Shown: positions 35,380-46,300 of the stretch, piece by piece
How the letters are laid out: every line of letters begins with the position of its first letter
Position numbering within the stretch: the stretch's first letter is position 1
Origin: an uncultured Gammaproteobacteria bacterium
Lineage (GTDB): Bacteria; Patescibacteriota; Patescibacteriia; VMEV01; CAZAJQ01
Length of the DNA stretch: 64,000 nucleotides
Assembly (NCBI GenBank): GCA_964485795.1
Contig: CAZAJQ010000007.1
Coordinates: 3,880 to 67,879 of the forward strand
Direction: 5' to 3'
The notes under the pieces: model-generated
The model's database searches: none
The model's input: only the letters and a program-made list of their open reading frames with translations
Told to the model about the DNA's origin: nothing
Made by a program: the position numbers and the translations under genes

Positions 35380-37098
35380 TCATTTTTTCAATCGATTCTC
35401 AAAAAATTCTATCAGCGCCGTATTGGGACTTTGATTGCCGGAATCGTCAAAAAAAAGTTTTTCATAGGATGCGTAGCTGGCATGCAGTCCCCATGCGTCA
35501 AAAAGATCAAGAATGTCCGTCATGTATACGAGACCGCCGCGATCTTGCGAAAACGCGTCGCGGGTCGCTCCATACTCGCTCACCGACATGGGAACATTTT
35601 CCTTTTTCCCGAATTCTGCCAAGGAGCGAAGCTGGGTTTCGAGATACTCTCTGTCTCTTTTTTGCACCTTGGCATCGCCGGCGCTTTTCTCAAAGACCAG
35701 CACCATGCGACAACCGTTGAACGACTCGGTGATATTTGACCCACGCATGAAACCGCTGATTTGGTAAGCGTATCCGGTGCGAATCGGCACGCGCAAAAAA
35801 ACATTGTTCCACGCCCCGGGCAAGGAAATTTTCCCGATCGTCAGTGAAGCGCCGTCGTTGTTGCCAAAGCCGGAAAGTTCAAAAACTCCGCTTCGCTCGC
35901 TGACATGATTCCATCCTTCCGCGGAATCGATGTTCATGTTCACGATATCGCGGATGAAAACGCGATCCTTATCGTATTCTTTGATCACAAAGGCGTCGAA
36001 ATATGCGGTTCCCTTGGTATTTTCACATCGAAACTGAGGATAGGCCGAAATCACGGCCGAATCGGTGATGGTTTTGATTTCCCCGTCATAAAAGCGCCAA
36101 TCTTGAGTGAAACCTTTGAGCGTGGGATTTTTATCGGTAATCCCCACATATTCGAGATCCGCCGGGAATTCAAGTCCTCCGGGATAAACGCCTCCATTGT
36201 CTCGAGATCCTTTGATTTGAAAAGCGAATTCTTCAGGCTTGTAAAAATGGAAATCGTACATCACGTTTGGATCCGAGATGAGAAATTGCGTTATCGCCGG
36301 GTCGTTTGAAGCCACATGATCGCCAATCACAGCGGCCAGCTTTTGGACGATGATGAGATGATTGGGATCCACCTTGCGTATTTGTCTTGCGGTTTTATCG
36401 GCTAGAACTTTCCATGCGTCTCTGTGATCTTTTCCCACCGCCGGTTCATTGAGCAAATCATACGCCACGATTACCGGCTCACCCGCATATCGCTGCGCAA
36501 TGGCCTGCCACAAGGCTCGAAAACGCTTTTGCATTTCTTCGTCCGCAAAAAGCTCGGGCTCGTTTCCTTCGGCGTCGAGTCTCTTTCCTTGAGCCTCCCG
36601 CATATCCAAAATCAAATAAAGCTTGTTTTCTCGAGCGTATCCGATATGGCTGTCAAGCCAATCCCAAGCCGAATCTTTGTATTTGTACGGCGCAACATCG
36701 TCTTCAAAAAACTTGTAATGCATCGTGAGTCGCACGACATTCATGCCCATATCCGCGATTTTCTTGTAATCATCGGCATTGTACATGTTTTTGAGCGGGA
36801 AAATATCGTCCTCCAGCTCAAAAGACGTGTTCATGATGATGCCCCGCAAGGTTACCTTCTCATCGCTTTGACCTACCGCAAGTCCGTTTCCGTACCGATG
36901 CACGAAAATATCCGTATTCCCCGCCGGAGCGATGCTCTGGAAAATCAGCCCGGTCACCACTTTGATAACCACGAGAAATACAAAAAAAATCGCGATTCCC
37001 GTCCCGATGAGCTGAAAATTTTTATGAAACAATTTCGCAAAAATGCGATGATTGAGAAAAACAAAAAGCATACGAATATTCGCTTTGAAAAAAATCAA
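35380..37098 (-). CDS. Membrane-anchored glycoside hydrolase family 5 protein (cellulase-like)
   Basis: DMGMNVVRL, LILDMREAQGK and the IVAYDLLNEP acid/base NEP motif. An N-terminal TM anchor is present. Confidence 0.7.
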   Translation of the reverse strand: MIFFKANIRMLFVFLNHRIFAKLFHKNFQLIGTGIAIFFVFLVVIKVVTGLIFQSIAPAGNTDIFVHRYGNGLAVGQSDEKVTLRGIIMNTSFELEDDIFPLKNMYNADDYKKIADMGMNVVRLTMHYKFFEDDVAPYKYKDSAWDWLDSHIGYARENKLYLILDMREAQGKRLDAEGNEPELFADEEMQKRFRALWQAIAQRYAGEPVIVAYDLLNEPAVGKDHRDAWKVLADKTARQIRKVDPNHLIIVQKLAAVIGDHVASNDPAITQFLISDPNVMYDFHFYKPEEFAFQIKGSRDNGGVYPGGLEFPADLEYVGITDKNPTLKGFTQDWRFYDGEIKTITDSAVISAYPQFRCENTKGTAYFDAFVIKEYDKDRVFIRDIVNMNIDSAEGWNHVSERSGVFELSGFGNNDGASLTIGKISLPGAWNNVFLRVPIRTGYAYQISGFMRGSNITESFNGCRMVLVFEKSAGDAKVQKRDREYLETQLRSLAEFGKKENVPMSVSEYGATRDAFSQDRGGLVYMTDILDLFDAWGLHASYASYEKLFFDDSGNQSPNTALIEFFENRLKK

Positions 37099-37170
37099 CC
37101 AACCATAGCGAAAATTTCAAAAAAAGTCAATGTTTTCAATCATACTCGATATCTTTCACCCGGAAGTATA

Positions 37171-38631
37171 TCATGGTTTTGGTATCGCGGCCGCGATATC
37201 CAAAAACCATTCGATTTCACCGTCTTTCCTTTGCGCTACCTTGATCCCCCGCTTTCCAAGCTCTTCTCGAATGGCATCCGAGGCATCATATTTTTCATAT
37301 TTCCTCGCATCCGCCATTGCTTGAATTTTTGCTTTGATCTCATACTCGGTCAAGCGACTTTTACCCTGTATGAGCGCATAGGTGGCCAAAAGAGCGTCTA
37401 TCATGACCGCACCGTTCGCCTGAAAAATCCCAAGGACATTTCCGAGTTTTCTCAATGCGGCCAAGAGAGCCGCCGCCCCGACCTCATCGCGTACACACCA
37501 CTTTTTCTCAAAATCATCAATCCCTTTTTTGAGCGCTATCAATGCTCCCGGAGTATGGAAATCGTCATCCATGGCTTTTTGAAATCCGGACATCAAGGCA
37601 ACGATATCCGGATGCTCCATGTCTTCTTTCGTGACCGTGACATGCGGCAATGTTTCGATGCGTTCGAAAAGACGATAAAGCGCGAGAAGAAAATTGATGT
37701 TTTCCAAAAAAAGCGCATCCGAAAGCTCTATTGGCGACCGATAATGATATTTGAGTATCGTGAATTTCAAAAGCTCGGCTCCGTATTTTTTCACGGCGTC
37801 TTTGGCGAGGATCAAATTCCCGATCGACTTTGACATCTTCTCTCCACGAAAATTGAGCAATCCCGAATACAACCAAAAATTCACATAGGGTTTGTCATTG
37901 TGCGCCTCGCATTGCGCAAGCTCGTTTTCATGATGGGGGAACATGAGATCCAGCCCACCTCCGTGAATATCAATATGCGATCCGAGCAACGCGTTGCTCA
38001 TCACCGAGCATTCGATATGCCATCCCGGACGTCCCTTTCCCCACGGCGAATCCCAAGACGCTCCATGGTAATCGTCGGATTTCCATAAGGCGAAATCCAA
38101 AGGATGTTTTTTGTCCTTTTCGGTTTCCACCCTCGTGCCGGCATACAACTCATCAAGATTTTTGCGGGACAATTTTCCGTAATCGCTTTTTTTTGAAATG
38201 TCGAAATACACGTTTCCCGCTTCGGTGGAATACGCGAATCCCTTTGAAATCAATTCGGAGACATAGGCGACTATCTGAGGGATATACTCGCTGACCTTGG
38301 GTCGGAAATCGGGTTTCGGAATTTCAAGGGATTCAAGGATATGATCAAACTCCTGCGCATAAAATTCGGAAATTTCCGACGGGGATTTTCCCGTTGCTTT
38401 TGACTTCACGATGATCTTATCATCCACATCCGTAATGTTTTGAACATAGCTACCTTTCAACCCGCTGAATTCGAGATACTTGCGAATCACGGAAAATCGA
38501 AATGCGGTGATGAGGTTTCCAAGATGCGGCGAATCATACGGCGTAATGCCGCACACATACATACTGAAACGCCCTTTTTCCAAAGGCTGAAACGTTTCTT
38601 TTTTTCCCGAAAAAGTATTGTATATCTTCAT
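37171..38631 (-). CDS. cysS: Cysteine--tRNA ligase
   Basis: The HIGH region ITPYDSPHLGNLITA, the KMSKSIGN motif and the Zn-binding Cys MYVCG. Confidence 0.9.
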   Translation of the reverse strand: MKIYNTFSGKKETFQPLEKGRFSMYVCGITPYDSPHLGNLITAFRFSVIRKYLEFSGLKGSYVQNITDVDDKIIVKSKATGKSPSEISEFYAQEFDHILESLEIPKPDFRPKVSEYIPQIVAYVSELISKGFAYSTEAGNVYFDISKKSDYGKLSRKNLDELYAGTRVETEKDKKHPLDFALWKSDDYHGASWDSPWGKGRPGWHIECSVMSNALLGSHIDIHGGGLDLMFPHHENELAQCEAHNDKPYVNFWLYSGLLNFRGEKMSKSIGNLILAKDAVKKYGAELLKFTILKYHYRSPIELSDALFLENINFLLALYRLFERIETLPHVTVTKEDMEHPDIVALMSGFQKAMDDDFHTPGALIALKKGIDDFEKKWCVRDEVGAAALLAALRKLGNVLGIFQANGAVMIDALLATYALIQGKSRLTEYEIKAKIQAMADARKYEKYDASDAIREELGKRGIKVAQRKDGEIEWFLDIAAAIPKP

Positions 38632-38855
38632 AAAAAATTCTTTTTTTTACCGACGCCGATCGGCTTCCGCTTCTTTTTTGGCGCTGATAAATAATTCTCG
38701 CCATCTGATACTTTCTTACCGCTCTTTAATTCTAGTTTTTTACGCGCTTCTCCTGCAATATTACCGCCAGGAGAGATCATCTTCAACTGTCCGATATTTC
38801 CGGACACTTCAGAATAACCCTCTTTTATAAGTTTTTTCTTGAGGTCGCTCCACAC
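38628..38855 (-). CDS. Hypothetical small basic protein (75 aa)
   Basis: Its stop overlaps the cysS start by 4 nt. Lys-rich. An overlapping + strand ORF also exists, so the call is weak. Confidence 0.3.
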   Translation of the reverse strand: MWSDLKKKLIKEGYSEVSGNIGQLKMISPGGNIAGEARKKLELKSGKKVSDGENYLSAPKKKRKPIGVGKKKNFL

Positions 38856-38867
38856 TCACCCTGCCAA

Positions 38868-39257
38868 CTATCTTTCCCATGCTTTCACTTCGGGATGAAA
38901 ATCAACTTGATATTCTGGTATGCCCAGAGAAATACCGTATTTCTTCGCCTCATCGTATTGCTCTTTAATCCGCTTATCCACAAAGAAAATTTTTTCGCGA
39001 AAAATGATGTAATGGTGAGTATCATTTTTAAAATCAGCATACCAGTCGTGTTGGGAATCCAAAACCTTACTCAATCGCTCAGCGATATGCCTTGCTTGGT
39101 TTTCAGAAATTTCAGCGGTGTGGAGAGTCCATTGTTTTAACCACGGAGTTTGGTGCTTCTCGGTTACTTTTTCAATCTTTGTTTCTAAAATCTTGACATC
39201 TTTGAGAATGTCTTTATTTTCCAAACTTTCTTCAATAATCACTCCTTTATAATCCAT
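38868..39257 (-). CDS. Hypothetical protein (129 aa)
   Basis: Complete ORF co-directional with the cysS block. Confidence 0.45.
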   Translation of the reverse strand: MDYKGVIIEESLENKDILKDVKILETKIEKVTEKHQTPWLKQWTLHTAEISENQARHIAERLSKVLDSQHDWYADFKNDTHHYIIFREKIFFVDKRIKEQYDEAKKYGISLGIPEYQVDFHPEVKAWER

Positions 39258-39348
39258 ATTTTAAAAATAAAAAAATCAAATGTCGTTTGACCTTATCGCT
39301 CGTTGGAATCGACTTGATGCGGGCATGGGAATATTATTTTGAACCAAA

Positions 39349-40020
39349 CTACCTCCCTCTTTTTTCCAAAATTCCGTTCTTCAGATTATACACGGTGTCT
39401 CCAAGATTTTTTGCGTCGTCGGGATCATGGGTGATGATGATTGCGGGGAGTCGTAATTTTTTGATGAGCGCACGAAGCTCACGCCCGACGGTTTGTTTTG
39501 TCTCGACATCAATCGCGGAAAGCGGCTCATCAAATAGAAAAAGTCGCGGTTTTATCGCAAGCGCTCTCGCAAGCGCAACGCGCTGTTTTTCGCCGCCGGA
39601 CAGATCTTCGACATTTCGGTCGGCAATCTCCGATGGAAGCTCGACTGTTTTCAAAAGTTCGCCGACTTTTTCCCGTCGCGTTTCAGCATCCGCTTTTCGA
39701 ATCGTCAAACCGAAAGCGATATTATCTTTCACGTCCAGATGCGGAAAAAGGGCATAATCTTGCGGCATATACGCTATCTGCCTTTTTTCAATCGAAAGGG
39801 ACGTGATGTTTTTTCCGTCCAGCAATATCTCTCCGGCGTCCGGAATGATGAATCCGACGATGCAAAGAAGCAAAGTTGTTTTTCCGGAACCTGATTTTCC
39901 CATGATGGTGGCTATCTCATCCTCATGGACGACGATATGAAGACCGCTGAAAATCGGATTTTCCCCATCATATGATTTCGTAAGATTGCGGACGATCAGT
40001 TCGTGAATATTTTTTATAAT
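39349..40020 (-). CDS. ABC transporter ATP-binding protein (ModC/TupC/CysA-like single-domain ATPase); start codon unresolved
   Basis: Walker A GKSGSGKTT, signature LSGGEKQRVALARAL, Walker B LFLFDEPLSAID and an H-loop. The first in-frame ATG lies 201 nt inside the upstream permease gene. Directly after the permease stop the only in-frame candidates are ATT (40020) or ATA (40017). Confidence 0.7.
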   Translation of the reverse strand: MIKNIHELIVRNLTKSYDGENPIFSGLHIVVHEDEIATIMGKSGSGKTTLLLCIVGFIIPDAGEILLDGKNITSLSIEKRQIAYMPQDYALFPHLDVKDNIAFGLTIRKADAETRREKVGELLKTVELPSEIADRNVEDLSGGEKQRVALARALAIKPRLFLFDEPLSAIDVETKQTVGRELRALIKKLRLPAIIITHDPDDAKNLGDTVYNLKNGILEKRGR

Positions 40021-40790
40021 TTTCGATTTATAAGCGAACGCACGACAATAATCGTGAAAATGGCGAAGACCGTGAGAATGGTGGTGGCCGCCAGCGCGAG
40101 AAATGGGTCGGTACTGACAACACGGTTCGTATAGGTGGGTAATATTTCGGTTTTGTAAGCGATGACTCCGGCAAAAATAAGTGACCCGCCGAATTCTCCC
40201 ATGGCTCGCGCCCAAGAAAGCGTGAGTCCGGCGATAATGTCGCGGCGAGCCAGCGGAACCAAAATGCGGAATATGACATCGCCGGTTCCCGCACCCAGAG
40301 AACGCGCGACCAAATCCAGCTTTGAATCGCGGATATCCCGAAATTTTCTGAGAGTGTACCCGATGGTGAAAGGCGCCGAGACAAGCAGCTTGGCGATAAC
40401 CACCGCTGCAAATGTAAAGGCAATATTGATCGGCGCTTGAGGCCCCAACATGAAAAAATAAATGACGCCTATCGCCACCGGAGGAAACGTTTGCGGTATA
40501 TCAATCAAAAGCGGCTCAATGATATTCGCATAGCGAAGCTTATGATACGTCAAAAAATAAGCTACCGGAACGGAAAAAAAAGCGGTTAAGGCAACGACGA
40601 TTATGGCAGAAACGACACTGATAAAAAATGCGGCCCAAAATCGATTGTCAGCGAGAACCGCCGAGGCCGCATTGAAGTGAGTAAAAAAAGTGACGACAAG
40701 AAAAAAGTATGGAAGCGCAAACCAAAGAATCCAACTCCATGATGAAATCCGGATAAGACGATCGGCATTGCTTTTTATGTCGGTATCCAT
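40014..40790 (-). CDS. ABC transporter permease (binding-protein-dependent inner-membrane component, ModB/TupB/CysTW-like)
   Basis: Six hydrophobic segments and the EAA-like loop SLGAGTGDVIFRILVPLARRDIIAGLTLSWARAMGEFGGSLIFAG. Confidence 0.8.
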   Translation of the reverse strand: MDTDIKSNADRLIRISSWSWILWFALPYFFLVVTFFTHFNAASAVLADNRFWAAFFISVVSAIIVVALTAFFSVPVAYFLTYHKLRYANIIEPLLIDIPQTFPPVAIGVIYFFMLGPQAPINIAFTFAAVVIAKLLVSAPFTIGYTLRKFRDIRDSKLDLVARSLGAGTGDVIFRILVPLARRDIIAGLTLSWARAMGEFGGSLIFAGVIAYKTEILPTYTNRVVSTDPFLALAATTILTVFAIFTIIVVRSLINRKL

Positions 40791-40915
40791 ATCATTATTT
40801 CACTCACCACCTCTCCGGTGGAAACGCGCCATGACGAAACGTGTCCGCCTTTGCGTGTCTTCCGGCAGACACTGTCCGCCGAGGCAACATCTTTCAATTT
40901 CGCTGAAAGAAACAT

Positions 40916-41005
40916 TGGCGGAGAGTGAGGGATTCGAACCCTCGAGGGTTTTGACACCCTGCACGCTTTCCAAGCGTGTGCACTCGACCACTATGCGAAC
41001 TCTCC
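40916..41005 (-). tRNA. tRNA-Ser (anticodon GGA), class II with long variable arm
   Basis: Reverse complement: GGAGAGTTCGCATAGTGGTCGAGTGCACACGCTTGGAAAGCGTGCAGGGTGTCAAAACCCTCGAGGGTTCGAATCCCTCACTCTCCGCCA. The anticodon stem CACGC/GCGTG carries loop TTGGAAA, the variable-arm stem is AGGGT/ACCCT and the T arm is GAGGG-TTCGAAT-CCCTC. Confidence 0.8.
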
Positions 41006-41509
41006 ATGCTCAGTGCGACGAAACGATCGCTTCAACGAATCACGACCTATTTGACTCTTTCTCTGTCTTTCCCTGAATCGCGCATTGGTTTTATACGAAA
41101 CAAAAACTCTTCCTCTCCAAGTTCAAAAGCACTTTTTCCGTGCTTTGATCAAGTTACGTCAGTGAGAATAAAAAAACCCTCGATGCAAGTCAAAGGTTTC
41201 CATGAAAAAAACTCAACTAGCGATTGATCACGACATTTTCAGACATGATCTTTTGCTCATGGTATTTCATGAATTCGAAAGAAAACACCATGACGATCAG
41301 AAAACTCATCACAAGAATCCCAAAAAAAAGACCCACGTAAAATGAAAATCGCGGCGGCAAAAGAAAACATGCATTCGCTTTCAAAGAGTCGTTTTTCGCT
41401 TCTGTCTGCGAAACTTGAAACGCTGTAAAGGAGCGTTTTGAAGGCCTTTTTCTTTTGTTTTTGATATTCTCTTCCATATAGGCCCATTATACACGAAACA
41501 TCCCCGCCT

Positions 41510-42106
41510 TCAAGACGATGCCGAGTCCGAGGAAGCTGACGCGTCGTTTCCGGTATCGGCGTACATGGCGGCGGAAATGATCTCATCGCGCAGCACATCG
41601 GCCTTTGTCGAATGCGATTTTTCGGCTCTCAGTTTCAAATACCGGTCAATGGCGGGTGTGATGCGAAACGTGAATTTTATACTCGCTCGCTGATCTCCCA
41701 AAATATCCATGCCGTGATCTTTGAGAAATCTCTTGAGGACGTCCGACAAGGAAGCTTCATCGAATTTTTCCAGCCGCAAGTGCTTTTGAAGCTCTTTATG
41801 TCTGGAAGTGAAAAGGATATCCTGGGGGATGTTTTTATAATCTTTGATCAGCACCAAAACGTCTTTTTGCAAACTCAAAAACGTCGCAATCGAATATCTC
41901 ACCTGCTCGGTCACGGATTCGGCCGTCAAAACACCGCACGAAAAAAGTGAAATATTCGTGTCATGCATCTGCTCATGAAGATGGGTATGCGAAATTTTAC
42001 CGTTTTGAAAAATTTTTTTGATGGCGCCGGTTTGCGCTTCGGTTTTTCCAAAGGAAATCAGCAACACCGATGGTGACGATTTCATAGTGATTATTTTCAA
42101 TTTCAA
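41510..42106 (-). CDS. Hypothetical protein with C-terminal ribbon-helix-helix-like segment and Ser/Ala/Asp-rich tail
   Basis: ..SIKFTFRITPAIDRYLKLRAEKSHSTKADVLRDEIISAAMY resembles a CopG/RHH segment. It starts 13 nt after the asparaginase-family gene stop. Confidence 0.45.
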   Translation of the reverse strand: MKLKIITMKSSPSVLLISFGKTEAQTGAIKKIFQNGKISHTHLHEQMHDTNISLFSCGVLTAESVTEQVRYSIATFLSLQKDVLVLIKDYKNIPQDILFTSRHKELQKHLRLEKFDEASLSDVLKRFLKDHGMDILGDQRASIKFTFRITPAIDRYLKLRAEKSHSTKADVLRDEIISAAMYADTGNDASASSDSASS

Positions 42107-42118
42107 TCAAGGCGGTTG

Positions 42119-43054
42119 TCACGAATGATATTCTCCGCGAACGTTCGAAAGCATCATGTCGCGGATGCGCTTGGGGTCCCTAGTATCGCCAAGCACCCAT
42201 GAAAATTTCACGGCCGCCGACGGCTCTGAAACGCCTGACATCAATATCATCGAATCGTCGCTCTGCGCTTCCAAAGAATGCTCGGTATGCAAAGCGATCG
42301 GAAGCTTGGCGGCACGCAAACGTTCTTCGAAGTTTTTTGAAATCAATCCGTGAGGAGCGCCATTGATGAAAAACCCCGAAAAAAATCGCATCATCTCCTT
42401 TCCCAGAGGCGGTTCGGGATAGGGTCGAAGATAATAAACGGCGTCATCAAAATGCCAAGCGATTTCCGGATTTCCGGAAACGCGTTTTCGCAAAGAAGGC
42501 ATGTCCCGCTCGGAATGCAAATCTCCCAGAAGAGATCGCTCTTCCCGCATGCCGCGAGCCGCGTGATACACGCGTGAACCGAAAACCATGACCACCTCGC
42601 CGATGTCCAGCGTCCCGACATGCACGGCATTGATGATATTGGCTCGCAATCCAAGCTCTCCGAAATAATCGTCGGTCAAGGGATCGACATAGGCTCTTCT
42701 TTCTAGACCGGCCGCCGTGAAAACAATGGGTTTCCCGAGTTTTTCAAAAGCGTAAGAAAACGACGCCGCAAGATATTCGAGACTGTCCATGCCCGAGACG
42801 ATCACAAAACCGTCATACATGTCATAGACCGAAGCGATTTTTTGTGAAACCGTCTTCCCAATATCAAAAGCGAGCTGATTGCCATGACCTCCAAAACAAT
42901 ATTCAAAATGCACATCGGCGATGAGCGCGAGCTCATGAATATCGGAACACCAGTGCAATATTTCGGTTTTGTTTTCCAATGCGTGCAAAACATGCTTGCC
43001 GCGAAAAACGCCGCCGGCGATCAATACCAAAATTTTATTCGGCGCCACATACAT
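42119..43054 (-). CDS. Asparaginase/glutaminase-family protein (type I L-asparaginase or GatD-like)
   Basis: The ILVLIAGGVFRGKH N-terminus, VSGMDSLEYLAASFSYAF and PIVFTAA match the asparaginase family fold motifs. Confidence 0.65.
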   Translation of the reverse strand: MYVAPNKILVLIAGGVFRGKHVLHALENKTEILHWCSDIHELALIADVHFEYCFGGHGNQLAFDIGKTVSQKIASVYDMYDGFVIVSGMDSLEYLAASFSYAFEKLGKPIVFTAAGLERRAYVDPLTDDYFGELGLRANIINAVHVGTLDIGEVVMVFGSRVYHAARGMREERSLLGDLHSERDMPSLRKRVSGNPEIAWHFDDAVYYLRPYPEPPLGKEMMRFFSGFFINGAPHGLISKNFEERLRAAKLPIALHTEHSLEAQSDDSMILMSGVSEPSAAVKFSWVLGDTRDPKRIRDMMLSNVRGEYHS

Positions 43055-43082
43055 ATTTTTTTGGAATAACTCTTTTCAGCGC

Positions 43083-45569
43083 CTACGTTGTCTCTTCGGG
43101 GGAACTTTGCACAAAAGCCACGGAAGCCACGCGATCATCGGCGTTTTTGAATCGCATCAATTTCACACCCTGCGTTTGCCTGCCGAGAACGTTTACGGAG
43201 CGAAACGGAACGCGTATCACCTGTCCATGCTCGGAAATGATGATCATATCCCCGTCAAAACCGTCCAAAACCCTTCCCATGACGATTTTTCCGGTCTTTG
43301 CGGTCACTTGAGACGTTTTGATTCCCGAGCCGCCCCGCGACTGAACGCGATAATATTTGACGGGCGTGCGTTTTCCGTATCCTTTTTCCGAGATGATGAA
43401 CACCTGCGGCTTTGATTCCTTGTCATCGCTAGGAATCATACCCATGCCGACGACCTCATCTCCTTCTTTGAGTCGAATCGCTCGAACACCGGAAGCGACT
43501 CTTCCCATCGAACGCATATCGGTTTCATGACAACGTATGGACTGCCCCTTGGCCGTGATGATCATGATCTCGTCCTTGCCCGATGTGGGAGCGATCCATT
43601 CGAGACGATCGTTTTCACGCAGCTTCAAGGCGATCAAGCCGGATCTTCGGACATTTTTAAACGCTTCAATCTCGACGCGCTTGGAAACTCCATGCAACGT
43701 CACCATCATGAAAAATTTTTTCTTTTCAAGCTCGGATGCGCTGATCACGGCCGTTACTTTTTCAAGCGGAGCCAATTGCAAAAAATTCACGAGCGCCTGA
43801 CCCTTGGCCGTGCGACTGGACTGGGGAATCTCATGCGCCTGAAGTTGAAACACGCGTCCCATGCTCGTGAAAAAGAGCAAGTCGTCATGCGTCATGGTGG
43901 TGAAAATCGTATCCACGGTATCTTCTTCTTTGACGGTGAGTCCTATCACACCCTTGCCTCCGCGAGCTTGCGTCTTAAACGTCTCCGGCGGCATGCGCTT
44001 GATATAGCCGTCGCGCGTCACCAGCACAACCGTGGATTCGTTTGGAATCAAATCCTTGATGCCAAATTCATTGACCGCATGCGAAACGATTTTTGTGCGA
44101 CGTTCGTCTCCGAATTTTTCTTTGAGTTCTTTGAGTTCATTTTTGATTATTTTCAATATTTCTTTGGGATTTTTCAAAATAAATTCAAGCGACGCGATCA
44201 ATTTCCGAATCTCTTCAAGCTCTTTTTCCAGCTTCATCCGCTCGAGATTGGCGAGCTGCTGCAGCCTCATTTCCAAAATGGCGACCGCCTGCCTTTCGGT
44301 GAATGAAAACTTTTTCATCAAATTGATCTTTGCAACGTCTTTGTCGGCGGATTTTTTTATCAGCGCGATGATGGCGTCAATGTTTTCCAAAGCCTTCACC
44401 AATCCTTCAAGGATATGCCCGCGATCCTTGGCGCGGGTAAGATCAAACTCCGTACGTCTGCGAACGATATTTTGACGATGTTTGATGTATTCTTGCAAAA
44501 TTTCTTTGAGATTGAGCACCTTGGGCTGAATGCTGTCGACAAGCGCCAAAATATTGCAGTGAAAGGTTTCCTGAAGCTGAGTGTATTTGAAAAGCTGATT
44601 GAGGACTTTTTTCGGATAGCTGTCTTTTTTGAGCTCCACCACGATGCGCAGCCCGTCTTTGTCGGATTCATCCCGCAAATCGCGAATGCCCTCGATTTTC
44701 TTTTCGCGCACCAAAAAAGCGATTTTTTCAAGCAGGTTGGCTTTGTTCACCTGATACGGGATTTCCGTGACGACGATCTGGGATCCCGTTTTGCTTTCCG
44801 AAATCTCGGCTTTGGCGCGCGCCACGATGGAACCCTTTCCCGTGGCATAGGCGTTGGCGATTTCTTTTTTGTTGTAAATGATGCCTCCGGTGGGAAAATC
44901 CGGACCGGGGATGAATTTCATGAGCTCTTCGATGGAAATGTCTTCCGAATCAAGCAAAGCCATGATCCCGTCGCAAAGCTCTCCCAAGTTGTGCGGAGGG
45001 ATATTGGTAGCCATGCCTACGGCGATGCCCACGGCGCCATTGAGCAAAAGGTTTGGAAGTTTGGACGGCAATACCGAAGGCTCCGTCAAAGAACCGTCAT
45101 AGTTTGGAATAAAATCCACGGTTTCTTTTTCGATGTCAAAAAGCATTTCCTCGGCGATGGCCGAAAGCTTGGCCTCGGTATAACGATGCGCGGCCGGAGC
45201 GTCGCCGTCTATGGATCCGAAGTTTCCCTGTCCCTTCACGAGCGGATATCGCATGGCAAAATCCTGAGCCATGCGCACCATGGCCTCGTAACAGGCCAAA
45301 TCTCCATGGGGATGATATTTACCGAGCACTTCTCCCACCACGGTGGCGGACTTGCGAAACTTGGCTCCGGCTCGAAGCCCCATGCTCCACATGGCGAAAA
45401 GGATCTTGCGATGCACGGGTTTGAGTCCGTCGCGAACATCCGGCAAGGCGCGCGAAACGATAACGGACATGGCATAATCCAGATACGATTTTTGCATCTC
45501 GGAAACCAAATCAAGCGGAATGACGTTTCCGATGCTGTTGGTTTCAACGGGCTTGGATTTTTTTGTCAT
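43083..45569 (-). CDS. gyrA: DNA gyrase subunit A
   Basis: [49 protein letters not shown], and C-terminal beta-pinwheel repeats. Confidence 0.9.
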   Translation of the reverse strand: MTKKSKPVETNSIGNVIPLDLVSEMQKSYLDYAMSVIVSRALPDVRDGLKPVHRKILFAMWSMGLRAGAKFRKSATVVGEVLGKYHPHGDLACYEAMVRMAQDFAMRYPLVKGQGNFGSIDGDAPAAHRYTEAKLSAIAEEMLFDIEKETVDFIPNYDGSLTEPSVLPSKLPNLLLNGAVGIAVGMATNIPPHNLGELCDGIMALLDSEDISIEELMKFIPGPDFPTGGIIYNKKEIANAYATGKGSIVARAKAEISESKTGSQIVVTEIPYQVNKANLLEKIAFLVREKKIEGIRDLRDESDKDGLRIVVELKKDSYPKKVLNQLFKYTQLQETFHCNILALVDSIQPKVLNLKEILQEYIKHRQNIVRRRTEFDLTRAKDRGHILEGLVKALENIDAIIALIKKSADKDVAKINLMKKFSFTERQAVAILEMRLQQLANLERMKLEKELEEIRKLIASLEFILKNPKEILKIIKNELKELKEKFGDERRTKIVSHAVNEFGIKDLIPNESTVVLVTRDGYIKRMPPETFKTQARGGKGVIGLTVKEEDTVDTIFTTMTHDDLLFFTSMGRVFQLQAHEIPQSSRTAKGQALVNFLQLAPLEKVTAVISASELEKKKFFMMVTLHGVSKRVEIEAFKNVRRSGLIALKLRENDRLEWIAPTSGKDEIMIITAKGQSIRCHETDMRSMGRVASGVRAIRLKEGDEVVGMGMIPSDDKESKPQVFIISEKGYGKRTPVKYYRVQSRGGSGIKTSQVTAKTGKIVMGRVLDGFDGDMIIISEHGQVIRVPFRSVNVLGRQTQGVKLMRFKNADDRVASVAFVQSSPEETT

Positions 45570-45612
45570 ACAAATACAGTAATACTAGGATCTAGACTCG
45601 AGTGATGGAACA

Positions 45613-46281
45613 TCACTGCTCCTCGATCCACGAAAAACTTTCCAATATGAATTTTTCATCATCGCTTTCTTTGCCCTCTTCGAGAGGGATTTGAAAATGG
45701 ATCACATGTCCTTTCAAGCTTTCCAAAAAATAATGGCGCAATACTTTCTCTTCCCTCTTTGAGACCATTTTCAAATAGGTGTTTTTCCCAAACGCGACGC
45801 TTTCTTTGTTTTCATCAAAAACATACTTTTCCTTTTGGCTGTCAATATACAACTGCAATCCTTGGTCGTAATTTTTTTCAAATCGAATCACAAAAGAATT
45901 TCCGACGGCTCTGTCATCGCTTTTCTTGAGATTCTCTTTGGGTGAAATCAAAATCTCTTTATCAAGCTCGAAAATCGCGAAATCTTGCTGATATTCAAAT
46001 CGAAACAGCTGATCTTTGGACACATAACTTTTTTTGGAAGCGAGTTTTTTTTGTTCTTCCGACAATGCTTCTCCGAAATCCTCCAATCCTTGCTGCAGCG
46101 TACCGATCATGTCGGAAAAATCATCCTTGGCGATGGTGCCGGAAACCGATTCGCGAATTTTGAGGTCTTCAATGCCTTTCCTCAAAATCGTCACCCATCC
46201 GAAATACATGACCGCCAAAAAAAGAACGATAAATACCCAAAGCATCCATTTTCTTTCCGAACGAAAGTCCGACATAAACAA
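45613..46281 (-). CDS. Hypothetical membrane-anchored protein (222 aa)
   Basis: N-terminal TM WMLWVFIVLFLAVMYFGWV; the rest is charged and soluble. Confidence 0.5.
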   Translation of the reverse strand: MFMSDFRSERKWMLWVFIVLFLAVMYFGWVTILRKGIEDLKIRESVSGTIAKDDFSDMIGTLQQGLEDFGEALSEEQKKLASKKSYVSKDQLFRFEYQQDFAIFELDKEILISPKENLKKSDDRAVGNSFVIRFEKNYDQGLQLYIDSQKEKYVFDENKESVAFGKNTYLKMVSKREEKVLRHYFLESLKGHVIHFQIPLEEGKESDDEKFILESFSWIEEQ

Positions 46282-46300
46282 TGGAAAAACGAATACTCCC

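Noticed and set aside
36424-37833. 469-aa + strand ORF spanning the GH5/cysS junction
   Set aside because: It is antisense to two conserved genes and crosses their intergenic gap, which real genes would not do.
40775-40991. Two short minus-strand ORFs (60 and 63 aa)
   Set aside because: They overlap the tRNA-Ser gene. The ..VQGVKTLEGSNPSL.. translation is the classic artefact of translating a tRNA T-arm.
43527-45605. Antisense ORFs of 259 and 396 aa inside gyrA
   Set aside because: gyrA has unambiguous full-length signatures on the minus strand. The + ORFs are frame shadows.
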